A DNA stretch of 60,584 nt, counting the filler. It is 5 parts of 5 records of this genome, joined end to end, with 100 filler letters (N's around TTAATTAATTAA, not from the genome) between each part and the next. Parts side by side here need not be neighbours in the genome. Positions count along the whole stretch, not along the records: positions 1 to 15,593 come from SRR22947725_2250; positions 15,694 to 30,844 come from SRR22947725_2253; 3 more parts are not named here. One strand, 5' to 3'. A program made the translations under genes and the position numbers. The notes under the pieces are model-generated. The model was not told the origin of the DNA. It made no database searches and saw only the letters and a list, made by a program, of their open reading frames with translations. Positions 11,280 to 22,334 of this stretch are shown here, piece after piece. Every line of letters starts with the position of its first letter. The stretch's first letter is position 1.

Positions 11280-11987
11280 ATGAATTTAAATATGTTAAAA
11301 ATGACTTTTTTAGTGCTATCTGTTAGTTTATTGACATTGTTTAGTTTTAATAAAAATCAGAACAGAAGTATTAAGTTTTCTGACTTAAGTTATTTGGATA
11401 CTGATTTTAAATTTATATCTAAAGATTCGGTTAATAAATTGTTAATACAAAGTAAATTAATTTCTAATGAAATTTTGAAAAGTAATTTAAATTTGAAAGA
11501 AATTGAACGTGTAATTTTATCAAACGAATATGTAAGTTCAGTTGAAGTATCACTAAGTATTGAAGGAAAAGTGGGAGTGAATATTATAGAAAAAAATCCA
11601 GTGTTTAGAGTTTTGAATGAAGAATATTATATAGATTCTAACGGAAAAAAAATGCCATTATCTAAAAATTTTTCAGAAATATGTCCAATGATATTAAGTG
11701 ATGTAGATTCGATTGATTTTATAATGTTTGGTGATTTAGGTCTCTTCTTAAAAAATGATAAATTTTTATCAAATCATATAGCTGGATTAACAAAGTCAAA
11801 TAATAAATTAATATTTAACGTAGATGGGTTTAAATATAATTTGAATTTAATCGGTGATACAAACTATGTCTCAAAACTTAAAAAATATGAAGTATTTTTT
11901 AATACTGTTTATTCTTCTGGTTTGTTAGATAGTTTGAAATCCGTGAATCTTGATTTTAAAAATCAGGTTATAATACAAAGAAAATAA
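11280..11987 (+). CDS. ftsQ: Cell division protein FtsQ/DivIB (divergent)
   Basis: N-terminal TM, POTRA-like region, ends LDFKNQVI; lies between murC and ftsA. Confidence 0.8.
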   Translation: MNLNMLKMTFLVLSVSLLTLFSFNKNQNRSIKFSDLSYLDTDFKFISKDSVNKLLIQSKLISNEILKSNLNLKEIERVILSNEYVSSVEVSLSIEGKVGVNIIEKNPVFRVLNEEYYIDSNGKKMPLSKNFSEICPMILSDVDSIDFIMFGDLGLFLKNDKFLSNHIAGLTKSNNKLIFNVDGFKYNLNLIGDTNYVSKLKKYEVFFNTVYSSGLLDSLKSVNLDFKNQVIIQRK

Positions 11988-11989
11988 TT

Positions 11990-13285
11990 ATGGGAACAAA
12001 AAATTTATTTGTCGGATTAGATATAGGCACAACAAAAATTGTTGCTTTAATTGGATCTTTAAATGAATATGGAAAATTAAAAATAATTGGAATAGGTAAA
12101 TCAAAAAGTTTAGGCGTTCATCGTGGAGTAGTAAATAATATTACTCAAACAATTCAATCTATTCAGGCAGCTGTAAATGAAGCAGAATTAAATTCATCAG
12201 AAAAAATTGATAAAGTTATTGTTGGTATTGCTGGTCAACATATCAGAAGCCTTCAACATAGTGACTACATAACCAGAATTAATTCTGATACCGTTATTAA
12301 TACAGATGACTTAGACAAATTAATTAATCAGGTTTATAAATTAGTTATGTTGCCTGGAGAAGAAATAATTCATGTATTGCCTCAAGATTATAAGGTTGAT
12401 GGTCAGGCTGAAATTAATGAGCCAATAGGAATGTTTGGTGGAAGACTAGAAGCAAATTTCCATGTAGTTGTTGGTCAAGTATCTTCAATTAAAAATATAG
12501 CTAGATGCATCAAAAGTGCAGGCATTGATTTTGAAGGAATTACATTAGAGCCTATAGCATCCTCTGATGCTGTGTTAAGTCAAGAAGAAAAAGAAGCAGG
12601 TGTTGCTTTAATTGACATTGGAGGCGGAACTACAGACTTAGCAATTTTTAAAGATGGAATTATTCGTCATACATCTGTGATCCCTTTTGGAGGTAATATT
12701 ATTACTGAAGACATAAAAGAAGGATGTTCAATTATAGAAAAACAGGCAGAACTATTGAAAATTAAATTTGGTTCCGCTTGGCCTGGAGAGAATAAAGAAA
12801 ATGAAATTGTTTCAATTCCAGGTTTAAGAGGAAGAGACCCAAAAGAAATTACTCTAAAAAATTTATCAAAAATTATTCATGCAAGAGTTGTTGAAATAGT
12901 CGAACAGGTTTATATAGAAATTAAAAATTATGGACATGAAGAACAGAAAAAGAAATTGATTGCTGGTATTGTTTTAACTGGAGGTGGTAGTCAATTAAAA
13001 CATTTAAAACAACTCGTTGAATATATAACAGGAATGGATACTAGATTGGGTCACCCTAGCGAACACTTAGCAGGAAATAATTCAATTGATATTTCAAGTC
13101 CTATGTATGCTACAGCTGTTGGTTTGGTTATGAACTCAACAAAAATTAATAAAAAAAGTAATATAAAAGAAGATACAGACAATAATGAACTTGAAGAAAT
13201 TGATGATACTATTCAAAGTGAAAGGTTAACAATTTTTGAAAAGTTTACAGAAAAAATAAAAACATTTTTAGATAACGCCGAATAA
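11990..13285 (+). CDS. ftsA: Cell division protein FtsA
   Basis: GLDIGTTKI, DIGGGTTD, VLTGGGS actin-fold motifs. Confidence 0.97.
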   Translation: MGTKNLFVGLDIGTTKIVALIGSLNEYGKLKIIGIGKSKSLGVHRGVVNNITQTIQSIQAAVNEAELNSSEKIDKVIVGIAGQHIRSLQHSDYITRINSDTVINTDDLDKLINQVYKLVMLPGEEIIHVLPQDYKVDGQAEINEPIGMFGGRLEANFHVVVGQVSSIKNIARCIKSAGIDFEGITLEPIASSDAVLSQEEKEAGVALIDIGGGTTDLAIFKDGIIRHTSVIPFGGNIITEDIKEGCSIIEKQAELLKIKFGSAWPGENKENEIVSIPGLRGRDPKEITLKNLSKIIHARVVEIVEQVYIEIKNYGHEEQKKKLIAGIVLTGGGSQLKHLKQLVEYITGMDTRLGHPSEHLAGNNSIDISSPMYATAVGLVMNSTKINKKSNIKEDTDNNELEEIDDTIQSERLTIFEKFTEKIKTFLDNAE

Positions 13286-13295
13286 ATTAAAGATT

Positions 13296-15116
13296 ATGCA
13301 CTTAAACCCAGAAATAAATAATTTACCATTTGATTTACCTAAAAATCAAAGTAATGTAATAAAAGTCATCGGAGTTGGTGGTGGAGGAAGTAATGCAATT
13401 AATTACATGCACTCTAAAGGAATAAAAGGAGTCGATTTTGTTGTATGCAATACCGATTCACAAGCTTTAGAAAATAGTAGAGTAGAGAATAAAATTCAGC
13501 TTGGTATTTCATTAACAGAAGGTTTAGGAGCTGGTGCTAACCCCGAAATTGGTGAAAAAGCAGCAATGGAAAGCTTTGATGATTTAAAGAAAATGCTTGA
13601 AACAAATACTAAAATGGTTTTTATAACTGCTGGAATGGGAGGAGGAACCGGAACTGGAGCTGCTCCGGTTATCTCTAAATTAGCTAAAGAGTTGGATATT
13701 TTAACTGTAGGAATTGTCACTATGCCATTTCAATTTGAAGGTAAAATAAGAGAACAACAAGCCAAAACAGGGATAGAAAAATTAAGAAAAGAAGTAGATG
13801 CTTTAATTGTAATTAATAATAATAACTTGAGAGATATCTACGGAAATTTAGGATTTAAAGAAGGATTTGCAAAAGCTGATGAAGTGTTAGCTACAGCTTC
13901 AAGAGGAATAGCTGAAGTTATAACTCATCATTATACTCAAAATATTGATTTAAAAGATGCTAAAACAGTCTTATCTAATAGCGGAAATGCTATAATGGGT
14001 TCTTCTACTGCTACTGGTACTAAAAGGTCAATTGAAGCTATTTCATCTGCTCTTGATTCCCCACTTTTAAATGATAATAGAATTACAGGAGCTAAAAATG
14101 TTTTATTATTAATTGTTTCAGGTAAAGAAGAAATAACAATTGATGAAATCGGGCTTATAAATGATTATATTCAAGAAAAAGCCGGTCACGGAGCTAATAT
14201 TATAATGGGAGTAGGTGAGGATTTGAATTTAGAAAACTCTATTTCTGTTACTGTAATTGCCACAGGTTTTGCACCCAATCAACAAGATGAAATTATACAT
14301 TCTGATCCAAAAAAAATAATTCATAATCTTGATGAAAATAGTGGATATGTTCACAATCTAAGTTCTAATAATCAGATTGATAAAAATGATTCTTTACAAT
14401 TTGATTTTGCTTCAAATTCAATTGATTTTAAGAATACTAACCCTGAAATTGAAAATTTAGAAAAAGAAAGGATTATAAATGACATTAATGTTGATTATAA
14501 GGAGATGAATTCAAATTTAATAATTAATGAAGATGAAATTGAAATCAATGATGTTTCACTTAATATTAATGAAATTGAAGTTACTTCACCTGAGGAACTT
14601 AAACCTATTGATCAAGTTTCATTTGATTTTGATATGCCATTAAAAAAACAAATAATTGAGTCAGATAAAATTGTTCATGAACTAATTGAAGATATAAATG
14701 AAATAGAAGTTGTAAATCCTGTTCATATCATTCCTGTAACCGAAGTTAACGGGATAAACGCTAATAAATCAGGTATTGATGATTATGAGATTATTAACAA
14801 GACAGTTGAGCCCTTGGCTTCTGAATTTAAAAATGATAATAATGAAGTAGTTTTAAATCCTTTAAATAGTTCAATTGCCGATGGATTATCTAAAAGAACC
14901 GAAGAGCGAAAAATAAAATTAAAGCAATATAATTACAATTTTACTAAAGCTAATAATATTAATTCTATGGAGAATGAACCTGCTTTTAAAAGAGCCGGAG
15001 TTAGTCTAGATAGTATTGATCAATTTAAATCTTCTAGAACTGTTATTAGTGAAGATTCAAACGGAGAGATTAATTTGCGAACTAGCAATTCGTTTTTACA
15101 TGATAACGTGGATTAA
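13296..15116 (+). CDS. ftsZ: Cell division GTPase FtsZ with long Bacteroidota-type acidic linker
   Basis: GVGGGGSNA, GMGGGTGTG tubulin signature, C-terminal FLHDNVD. Confidence 0.98.
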   Translation: MHLNPEINNLPFDLPKNQSNVIKVIGVGGGGSNAINYMHSKGIKGVDFVVCNTDSQALENSRVENKIQLGISLTEGLGAGANPEIGEKAAMESFDDLKKMLETNTKMVFITAGMGGGTGTGAAPVISKLAKELDILTVGIVTMPFQFEGKIREQQAKTGIEKLRKEVDALIVINNNNLRDIYGNLGFKEGFAKADEVLATASRGIAEVITHHYTQNIDLKDAKTVLSNSGNAIMGSSTATGTKRSIEAISSALDSPLLNDNRITGAKNVLLLIVSGKEEITIDEIGLINDYIQEKAGHGANIIMGVGEDLNLENSISVTVIATGFAPNQQDEIIHSDPKKIIHNLDENSGYVHNLSSNNQIDKNDSLQFDFASNSIDFKNTNPEIENLEKERIINDINVDYKEMNSNLIINEDEIEINDVSLNINEIEVTSPEELKPIDQVSFDFDMPLKKQIIESDKIVHELIEDINEIEVVNPVHIIPVTEVNGINANKSGIDDYEIINKTVEPLASEFKNDNNEVVLNPLNSSIADGLSKRTEERKIKLKQYNYNFTKANNINSMENEPAFKRAGVSLDSIDQFKSSRTVISEDSNGEINLRTSNSFLHDNVD

Positions 15117-15127
15117 AATAAAATCAT

Positions 15128-15577
15128 ATGAAATTAATAAATAAAATATCAAGTTCAATTATTTCAGCAATGAAAGAAAAAAATGTTGATGAATTAGAAT
15201 CTTTAAGAGCAATTAAGTCTGCACTCTTATTAGCTCAAACCCAAAAGGGTTCAGACGGCAATATTCAAGAATCAGATGAAATTAAAATTCTTCAAAAACT
15301 TGTTAAACAAAGAAAAGAAAGTGCAGAGATTTATAAAAAACAAAGTAGATTAGAATTAGCAAATATTGAAATTAACCAATCCAGGATAATTGAAAGATTT
15401 TTACCAGATCAAATTAGTACAGAAGACTTAGATAAATTAATTACTGAAATTATTAATCAGACTGGTGCTCATGGTATGAAAGATATGGGTAAAGTAATGG
15501 GTATTGCATCAAGTAAACTTTCTGGAAAAGCTGATGGCAAAACTATATCTAATATTGTGCGTTCAAAACTTATATAA
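15128..15577 (+). CDS. GatB/YqeY domain protein
   Basis: AMK..., LRAIKSA, KQRKESA, KDMGKVMG, GKADGK motifs. Confidence 0.92.
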   Translation: MKLINKISSSIISAMKEKNVDELESLRAIKSALLLAQTQKGSDGNIQESDEIKILQKLVKQRKESAEIYKKQSRLELANIEINQSRIIERFLPDQISTEDLDKLITEIINQTGAHGMKDMGKVMGIASSKLSGKADGKTISNIVRSKLI

Positions 15578-15593
15578 TAAATAGGGCCCAGCG

Positions 15594-15693
15594 NNNNNNN
15601 NNNNNNNNNNNNNNNNNNNNNNNNNNNNNNNNNNNNNTTAATTAATTAANNNNNNNNNNNNNNNNNNNNNNNNNNNNNNNNNNNNNNNNNNNN
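15594..15693. other. Artificial contig linker
   Basis: N44-TTAATTAATTAA-N44, which places stops in all six frames. Confidence 0.98.
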
Positions 15694-15695
15694 AA

Positions 15696-16760
15696 CTAGC
15701 ACAAAATGCTTATGCATTAACTGGAGCATATGACGCTGCAGTATCAACTTGGATGGCAGGTGCTATCAATGAGAGTACTCCTCGACGTAAAGTAATATCA
15801 GGAAAATTTTCGCAAGAAATGAGATATGGGGAAAACCCGCATCAATCTGCATCCTTTTATTTAAGTGGTAATGTGCGGCCTGGAGTTGCATCAGCAAAGC
15901 AACATCAAGGCAAAGAGTTATCATATAATAATATAAATGATACGGACGCAGCATTTGAGTTAGTATCAGAGTTTAGCCCTAAAGATGGGCCTGCAGTTGC
16001 TATTATCAAACATGCCAATCCGTGTGGTGTAGCCAAAGGTGTTTCTTTAGTTGATGCATATAATAAAGCTTTAAATTGTGATCAAACTTCTGCATTTGGA
16101 GGAATTATAGCTTTAAATGATACTCTCGATGGTGAAACTGCTGAACAAATTTGCCAGATTTTCACTGAAGTGGTGATTGCGCCAAGCGCAACTGATGAAG
16201 CCAAGGCAATTTTTGCTAATAAAAAAAACCTACGTTTACTGACAACTGAAGATTTACCAAACGTTAAGGACGAAGGCCAAATTTGGCGCCAGGTTTCTGG
16301 TGGGTATTTGATACAAGATCGTGATAATGGATTGATTAAACAAAAAGACCTCAAGGTAGTAACAAGGCGTATGCCAACAGATATTGAAATACGCGATATG
16401 CTTTTTGCATGGAAGGTCGCAAAACATGTAAAATCTAATGCTATCGTTTATGCAAAAGACAATGTAACAGTTGGAATTGGAGCGGGGCAGATGAATCGAC
16501 TTGACAGTACACGTATTGCGGCACGAAAATCTAAAGATATGGCAAATAATATTGGTATAAATAATCCCTTAACGATTGGTTCAGTTGTTGCGTCAGACGC
16601 ATTTTTTCCATTTTCAGATGGTTTGTTGGCTGCAGCAGAAGCTGGTGCCACTGCAATAATACAACCTGGCGGATCTATGCGTGATGATGAAGTAATTGCA
16701 GCAGCAAATGAAGCTGGATTGGCAATGGTATTTACAAATATGCGCCATTTTAAACATTAA
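15696..16760 (+). CDS. purH: Bifunctional AICAR transformylase/IMP cyclohydrolase, 5'-truncated by the contig end
   Basis: Frame is open from the contig edge ([20 protein letters not shown]). [27 protein letters not shown] motifs. Confidence 0.96.
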   Translation, partial: LAQNAYALTGAYDAAVSTWMAGAINESTPRRKVISGKFSQEMRYGENPHQSASFYLSGNVRPGVASAKQHQGKELSYNNINDTDAAFELVSEFSPKDGPAVAIIKHANPCGVAKGVSLVDAYNKALNCDQTSAFGGIIALNDTLDGETAEQICQIFTEVVIAPSATDEAKAIFANKKNLRLLTTEDLPNVKDEGQIWRQVSGGYLIQDRDNGLIKQKDLKVVTRRMPTDIEIRDMLFAWKVAKHVKSNAIVYAKDNVTVGIGAGQMNRLDSTRIAARKSKDMANNIGINNPLTIGSVVASDAFFPFSDGLLAAAEAGATAIIQPGGSMRDDEVIAAANEAGLAMVFTNMRHFKH

Positions 16761-16761
16761 G

Positions 16762-17232
16762 ATGTTTAAGTCTTTATCATATAGCATTATTTTTACGTTG
16801 ATTGATCAGACTAGCAAATGGTTTATTTTAGAAAAATTACATCTAGATGTAATTGGTTATTATGATGTTTATAGTCCATTTTTATCTTTTAAAATAGGTT
16901 GGAATACAGGGATAAATTTTGGTTTGTTTGCGGAAAGCCATGAATTAATGCGTTGGGTTTTAATAATAATTTCTATAAGTATTTGTCTGTTTTTATTACG
17001 CTGGTCTCGTAAGCTTACAGGAAACTTTTCTCCAATCTTAGTTGGGCTTGTTATTGGAGGCGCAATTGGAAATGTTATAGATCGTATAAGATTTGGCGCG
17101 GTTATTGATTTTTTAAATTTGTCGTGTTGCGGTATTCAAAATCCTTATATCTTTAACATAGCAGATATATTTGTTTTCATAGGGCTTTTACCTTTGATTT
17201 TGTTTTCAGAAAGATTCCAGAAAGATACGTGA
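16762..17232 (+). CDS. lspA: Lipoprotein signal peptidase II
   Basis: DQTSK, WNTGINFG, GAIGNVIDR, VIDFL, FNIAD motifs. Start moved to the ATG just after the purH stop. Confidence 0.95.
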   Translation: MFKSLSYSIIFTLIDQTSKWFILEKLHLDVIGYYDVYSPFLSFKIGWNTGINFGLFAESHELMRWVLIIISISICLFLLRWSRKLTGNFSPILVGLVIGGAIGNVIDRIRFGAVIDFLNLSCCGIQNPYIFNIADIFVFIGLLPLILFSERFQKDT

Positions 17233-17286
17233 CGAGATCAAATTATTAAGCTAAATAGAAATAGAATTATATGAGTGCTTAGATAG

Positions 17287-17772
17287 ATGATTAAGAATAT
17301 AAAAATTTATTTTATTTTAATTGGAATTTTATTAACTGCTTGTAGTGGTAACCAAAAGGGACCTGACGAATTTGGTGTTTTACCAACAACGCCATTACAG
17401 TATCCAAAAAATTTGAAAGAACTTCCTGAGCCCAATTTATTAGGTCAAAATTTAGCAGATAAACGACCAATTGATGATGTAATAAATGCATTAGGTGGTA
17501 ATGCAAACTTGCAAAAAGAATCTAAAATTCAAAAAAGTGAAAAACCTTTGCTAAAAGTGATAAGTCGGTTTGGGATAACTCCAGACATTCGAATAATTAC
17601 AGCAATGGAAGATAATGATTTTAGAGAAAAAAATAAGGCTAAAGTTTTAGAAAGACTTGTTGGAGTAAATACATATAAAATTCGTTACAGGAGCCAACGA
17701 TTAGATGCTCAGAAAGAATTATCAAGGTTAAATAAATTGGGGATTATAACTCCATCTGCCCCACCTAATTAA
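17287..17772 (+). CDS. DUF3035-family lipoprotein
   Basis: Lipobox LLTAC, GPDEFGVLP..PL, C-terminal TPSAPP; follows lspA as in Rhodobacterales. Confidence 0.8.
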   Translation: MIKNIKIYFILIGILLTACSGNQKGPDEFGVLPTTPLQYPKNLKELPEPNLLGQNLADKRPIDDVINALGGNANLQKESKIQKSEKPLLKVISRFGITPDIRIITAMEDNDFREKNKAKVLERLVGVNTYKIRYRSQRLDAQKELSRLNKLGIITPSAPPN

Positions 17773-17829
17773 TTAATATTTAAATCGCCTTATAGTAGAA
17801 TCAAGATATTGTATGCTATTTAATAACGT

Positions 17830-19665
17830 ATGGAACTAATAAACCAGAGAATCAAAAATAGTCAGCCAATTATAAAACAATTGAGTGAAGCTGCAGCTAA
17901 TCGAATTGCTGCAGGCGAGGTCGTTGAAAGACCAAGTTCGGCAATAAAAGAACTTGTTGAAAATTCTATTGATGCTGAAGCATCAAGAATTGATATATCA
18001 TACAGTGATGGTGGAAAAACTCTCATAGTTGTGAAAGACGATGGACATGGAATTGCTGAAAACCAATTGCAACTTGCATTATCACGTCATGCAACAAGTA
18101 AGATTGATGGGTCTGATTTATTAAACATAAATACATTTGGTTTTCGAGGAGAGGCTTTACCTTCTATGGGTGCAGTTGGTCGCCTTACTATTACAAGTCG
18201 AATTAAAAATGTCACCATGGGTTCAAAAATTACAGTTAATGGTGGACTAATAAACAAAATTCGCCCTGCACCTTCTACTATAGGAACAGTTGTCGAGTTA
18301 AGGGATTTATTTCATGCCACTCCGGCTCGGTTGAAGTTTTTGCGTACTGATCGTTCTGAATCTGGAGCAATATCTGATGTAGTAAAACGTTTAGCAATGG
18401 CCGAGCCTTTTATTGGCTTCACACTTAGAGATGTAACTTCTGGAGGTGAAGGGCGAATAATTTTTCGTGCTGACCCAGAAACTGGAGATTTGTTTGACGC
18501 AATGCATGGGCGCTTAACAAAAATATTAGGTGTTGATTTTTCTAAGAATTGTTTTCGGATAGAAGCTGAACGAGAAGGAATATCTTTAACTGGGTATGCG
18601 AGTTTACCAACATATTCTCGGGGCTCATCTATTTTCCAATATGTTTTTGTTAACGGCCGGCCTGTTAAAGATAAAAATTTACTATCCGCATTACGCGCAG
18701 CTTACTCTGATTTTTTACCAAATGGTCGCTATCCTGTTGTAGCACTGTTTGTTGAATGTGATTTTGAACGTGTTGATGTAAATGTCCACCCTGCAAAAGC
18801 TGAGGTCCGTTTTAGAGAACCTGGTATTGTAAGGGGTTTGGTAGTTTCAGGATTGCGACATGCGCTAGCTGAAGAAGGCCATCGCTCTTCTTCAACTATA
18901 GCTGATGCAACTTTAGGTTCATTCAAAAAGTTTGAGTCATCACATGATAAAGAAAACTATCAAATGAATTACTCTCGATCTGGATCAATATCAAAACCTA
19001 ATATTGATCAAGTAGGATTTTTAGAATTACAAAATGATTTTTCGGCTCGCAATCAATCTGAAGAAGTTTTTGATGAACTAATAAGTAATAAACTTGGGGC
19101 AGCTAGGGCGCAAGTTCATGAGAATTATATACTTTCCCAAACATCTGATGGAATTATAATAGTTGACCAACATGCAGCACATGAGCGTTTAGTTTATGAA
19201 AGATTAAAAAAACAAATGTCTCTTAATGGGGTATCATCTCAAACACTTTTAATTCCTGAAATTATTGAGTTATCAGAGCAAGACTCAGCTTTATTAATGG
19301 AAATTTCAGTTGAATTAGATCGATTTGGGCTTGGCATAGAAAATTTTGGAGGTAGTAGTATCATAGTGCGTGAAACGCCTGCAATATTAGGTGAAGTTAA
19401 TTCAAAAAACTTAATTTTAGATATATTAGATGAGTTGAAAGAAACTTCACATACTAATTTAGTAAAAGAAAAACTTGATGCAATTTTAAGTCGAATTGCT
19501 TGTCATGGATCAATTCGCTCTGGACGAATTATGAGAGCAGAAGAAATGAATGCATTATTGCGTGAGATGGAAGTCACACCGCATTCAGGGCAATGCAATC
19601 ATGGTAGACCAACCTATGTAGAATTAAAATTAAGTGATATTGAGAAATTATTTGGTCGAACATAA
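17830..19665 (+). CDS. mutL: DNA mismatch repair endonuclease MutL
   Basis: IAAGEVVERP, GFRGEAL, VDVNVHPAK, DQHAAHER, CNHGRPT motifs. Confidence 0.98.
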   Translation: MELINQRIKNSQPIIKQLSEAAANRIAAGEVVERPSSAIKELVENSIDAEASRIDISYSDGGKTLIVVKDDGHGIAENQLQLALSRHATSKIDGSDLLNINTFGFRGEALPSMGAVGRLTITSRIKNVTMGSKITVNGGLINKIRPAPSTIGTVVELRDLFHATPARLKFLRTDRSESGAISDVVKRLAMAEPFIGFTLRDVTSGGEGRIIFRADPETGDLFDAMHGRLTKILGVDFSKNCFRIEAEREGISLTGYASLPTYSRGSSIFQYVFVNGRPVKDKNLLSALRAAYSDFLPNGRYPVVALFVECDFERVDVNVHPAKAEVRFREPGIVRGLVVSGLRHALAEEGHRSSSTIADATLGSFKKFESSHDKENYQMNYSRSGSISKPNIDQVGFLELQNDFSARNQSEEVFDELISNKLGAARAQVHENYILSQTSDGIIIVDQHAAHERLVYERLKKQMSLNGVSSQTLLIPEIIELSEQDSALLMEISVELDRFGLGIENFGGSSIIVRETPAILGEVNSKNLILDILDELKETSHTNLVKEKLDAILSRIACHGSIRSGRIMRAEEMNALLREMEVTPHSGQCNHGRPTYVELKLSDIEKLFGRT

Positions 19666-19758
19666 TTTCATATTATTTGAATTTCTGCGAGACAAATTCT
19701 TATCTATGGTCGTATAGTAAAAATAATTAAATATATTATACGAAAAGAAGGTATTATA

Positions 19759-21033
19759 GTGTTAAGTCTTAAAAACCATCCCTTACGTGAAAATTTATCT
19801 AAAGAATTACACGCTCGACCGTTCCCCGTACTTGATGCCCCATGCCAAGTAATATTTTTAGCACTTACTTCTAATGATGATGATGAAAAATATATCCAAA
19901 GCTTAGCTGAAAAATTAGGCGGTTTAGATTACATATCTGGTTCAGGACATTATTATCAAGATTTGGGAGGATATTCCTTAAAGTGGGAGCGTCATAGTGA
20001 ATTTGTTACTTATACAATTTTTCTTGATGGTGAGGAAGAAACACCATTTTCTGATATTGCAGTAAATCATTTCCCTTCGTCTTGGCTAGATTCATTAACA
20101 TGCCAAATTATAACTGCAGTAAAATTACGGGTTGTTGCTCCAGCATCCACAAAGCAAGTAGAGCATGATATTTTGACAAACTTTCATACAGCTTTTCAAT
20201 CAGAAAGTTTAGCAATTTCTTATGTTTTAGACAAAAATGCCATAGTTGCTAGTGATTTTAAGGTAGATGAAAATGGTTATATTAGATTTGGTGTCTTACC
20301 TATTGGCCAGGTTGGGCGGCATAGATTAGGCCGAATTGTTCAAAGGCTACTTGAAATTGAAACATATCGTGCAATGTCGATGTTGACTTTACCAATTGCA
20401 AAAAAAGTTTTTGGAAGGCTAACAGAATTAGAAAAAGATTTGGCAATAACAGTTCAAGAAATTTCTGGAAGAGCAGGAACACATAAAGAAAACCTTGATA
20501 CTTTAATGACAATAGCATCAGAAATTGAGTATTTAAACGCTGAAAATGCATTTCGTTTTGGCGCTGGGGATGCTTATTCAGCTTTAGTAGATCAACGAAT
20601 TTTTGTTTTGCGAGAGGAAAGATTCTTAGGTCGCCAAACATTCTCAGAGTTTATGATGCGAAGATTCAGCCCTACAGTTCGTACATGTAAAGCTGCACAA
20701 ACTCGTCTTCAGGATATTTCTGATAGAGCCGCAAGAGCATCAGATTTGTTAAGCACAAGAGTGAATGTGCGAACAGCTGCTCAGAATAGAACCCTTCTAG
20801 AACAAATGGACAAACGATCAGAACTTCAATTAAGGCTTCAACAAACAGTAGAAGGATTATCTGTAGTTGCTATTAGTTATTATGGGGTAAATTTATTATC
20901 ATACTTGTTATTCCCACTAGCTGTAGCACAGGGATGGGAGAAGTATAATCTTACTTCGTCTTTAGTTATTCCAGTAGCTTTTTTTGTATTTTACATGGTA
21001 CGGAGAGTTAGGCGCCATTTAACTAAATCTTAA
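19759..21033 (+). CDS. DUF3422-family membrane-anchored protein
   Basis: HPLR..L..ELHARPF, WERHSEF, QRLLEIETY, QQTVEGLSVVAISYY; two C-terminal TMs. Confidence 0.88.
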   Translation: MLSLKNHPLRENLSKELHARPFPVLDAPCQVIFLALTSNDDDEKYIQSLAEKLGGLDYISGSGHYYQDLGGYSLKWERHSEFVTYTIFLDGEEETPFSDIAVNHFPSSWLDSLTCQIITAVKLRVVAPASTKQVEHDILTNFHTAFQSESLAISYVLDKNAIVASDFKVDENGYIRFGVLPIGQVGRHRLGRIVQRLLEIETYRAMSMLTLPIAKKVFGRLTELEKDLAITVQEISGRAGTHKENLDTLMTIASEIEYLNAENAFRFGAGDAYSALVDQRIFVLREERFLGRQTFSEFMMRRFSPTVRTCKAAQTRLQDISDRAARASDLLSTRVNVRTAAQNRTLLEQMDKRSELQLRLQQTVEGLSVVAISYYGVNLLSYLLFPLAVAQGWEKYNLTSSLVIPVAFFVFYMVRRVRRHLTKS

Positions 21034-21682
21034 AAAACGGCTGCAATATTCTTGGTAAAATTGATTTAAACTTTAACGGTGCATCTGAAGCTATCAAACA
21101 AATACAAGGACCTTCATCACTAGCTGTTGGTTTATGATGTAATTCCTGATCACCAATTTCAATATCACCGCGCTTGAAATATCCGTCTTTATCATAGAAA
21201 GATCCCTCTAAAACTAATGTCATTTCAAGCCCATTATGGCTATGATTAGGCATAGCTGTTCCAGCGGGAATATATAATAATCTTGCACTTGCATTTTTAT
21301 CTGTTTTTAAAATAGATTGCTTTACCCCACGGCCAATATTTTTCCATTTAATAGAATTTAATTCGTCACCTGTATATTTTTTTAATGGTTCGGGAAATAT
21401 ACCTTCAACCATTTCAGGAGCTTTAGTTTTGACTGTTGATTTTGATTTTTCTATTTTTTTGAATACTGAAACCAAGGCATTTGGGCTCATTTCTTCTGTA
21501 TCTGAGTCCTCTAACATTCCACCACCAATAGCTTCATAACTTTCTAACCGTGCTCTTGCTTCGTCACTTATTGATACCTGAGTAGCAATAACGAGGCTAA
21601 ATGCTTCTGGTAAAATTCCAGCTGCATAGCCCATTAAAAGTTGTTCGTTTAAGTGATGTTTAATTGTCATATGTGTGTTCAT
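21023..21682 (-). CDS. chrR: Anti-sigma factor ChrR
   Basis: N-terminal anti-sigma domain (IKHH...YAAG.L), C-terminal cupin H.H.G.E; overlaps the rpoE stop. Confidence 0.93.
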   Translation of the reverse strand: MNTHMTIKHHLNEQLLMGYAAGILPEAFSLVIATQVSISDEARARLESYEAIGGGMLEDSDTEEMSPNALVSVFKKIEKSKSTVKTKAPEMVEGIFPEPLKKYTGDELNSIKWKNIGRGVKQSILKTDKNASARLLYIPAGTAMPNHSHNGLEMTLVLEGSFYDKDGYFKRGDIEIGDQELHHKPTASDEGPCICLIASDAPLKFKSILPRILQPFFKI

Positions 21683-22326
21683 TTCATGTTATGGCGTAAT
21701 CGCTGTAGAGCTAATCTAATTCGGGACTTGATTGTGCCAAGGGGTAAACCTGTTTCGTTTGCAATTTCTTGGTGTGACAAATCGTTATAAAATGCGCGTT
21801 CAACTATAATTCTTTGCTTTTCAGGTAATTCTTTTACTGCTTGAGCTAATAGTGTTGTCTCTTCTTGAATTGATATTATCTCAGATGCGTCTGGCTCTGT
21901 TTCATTTCCCCAGGGTAATACATCTGGTTCTGGACGATTATTTCGTCGAGCGGTATCAATTCTTTTATTTCTTGCTATTGTAAATATCCAAGTTGAAGCT
22001 GCTGCCCTTGTTGGATCAAATAAATGTGCTTTGTTCCAAACTGCAACCATTGTTTCTTGAACGCATTCTTCTGCAATTATAGCGTCTGCCCCACCCTTCA
22101 TTAGAAAAGATTTAATTCTGGGTGCAAAATGAGTGAACAGATTTGAAAATGCTTCTTTATCACTTTTTCCTGCGACAGCCACGATACATCGAGCCCAGTA
22201 ATCTTTAGATTTATTATTGTTATTTTCCAACACTTGGCTCAGCATCCTATTAAAGATTGCTGACAGCTTAAAGGATCGTTCTAATACTTCAACGTCTGGA
22301 TTGATATTATCTAATAAATCTAACAT
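21679..22326 (-). CDS. rpoE: ECF sigma factor RpoE (singlet-oxygen response, ECF11 type)
   Basis: HFAPRIKSF, STWIFTIARN, LPLGTIKSRIRLA; paired with chrR. Confidence 0.92.
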   Translation of the reverse strand: MLDLLDNINPDVEVLERSFKLSAIFNRMLSQVLENNNNKSKDYWARCIVAVAGKSDKEAFSNLFTHFAPRIKSFLMKGGADAIIAEECVQETMVAVWNKAHLFDPTRAAASTWIFTIARNKRIDTARRNNRPEPDVLPWGNETEPDASEIISIQEETTLLAQAVKELPEKQRIIVERAFYNDLSHQEIANETGLPLGTIKSRIRLALQRLRHNMK

Positions 22327-22334
22327 ATAACTAA

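Noticed and set aside
3675-11987. Absence of murF, ddl and murB from the dcw cluster
   Set aside because: This is normal gene order for Flavobacteriales; those genes are usually elsewhere.
14250-15116. Very long acidic C-terminal extension of FtsZ as a novel fusion
   Set aside because: A long linker ending in FLHDNVD is typical of Bacteroidota FtsZ.
15583-15593. GC-rich start (agggcccagcg) of a possible tRNA or terminator after yqeY
   Set aside because: Only about 11 nt remain before the gap, too little to call.
15638-15649. TTAATTAATTAA palindrome recurring four times
   Set aside because: It is always embedded in N-runs and is a synthetic six-frame stop spacer, not a biological repeat.
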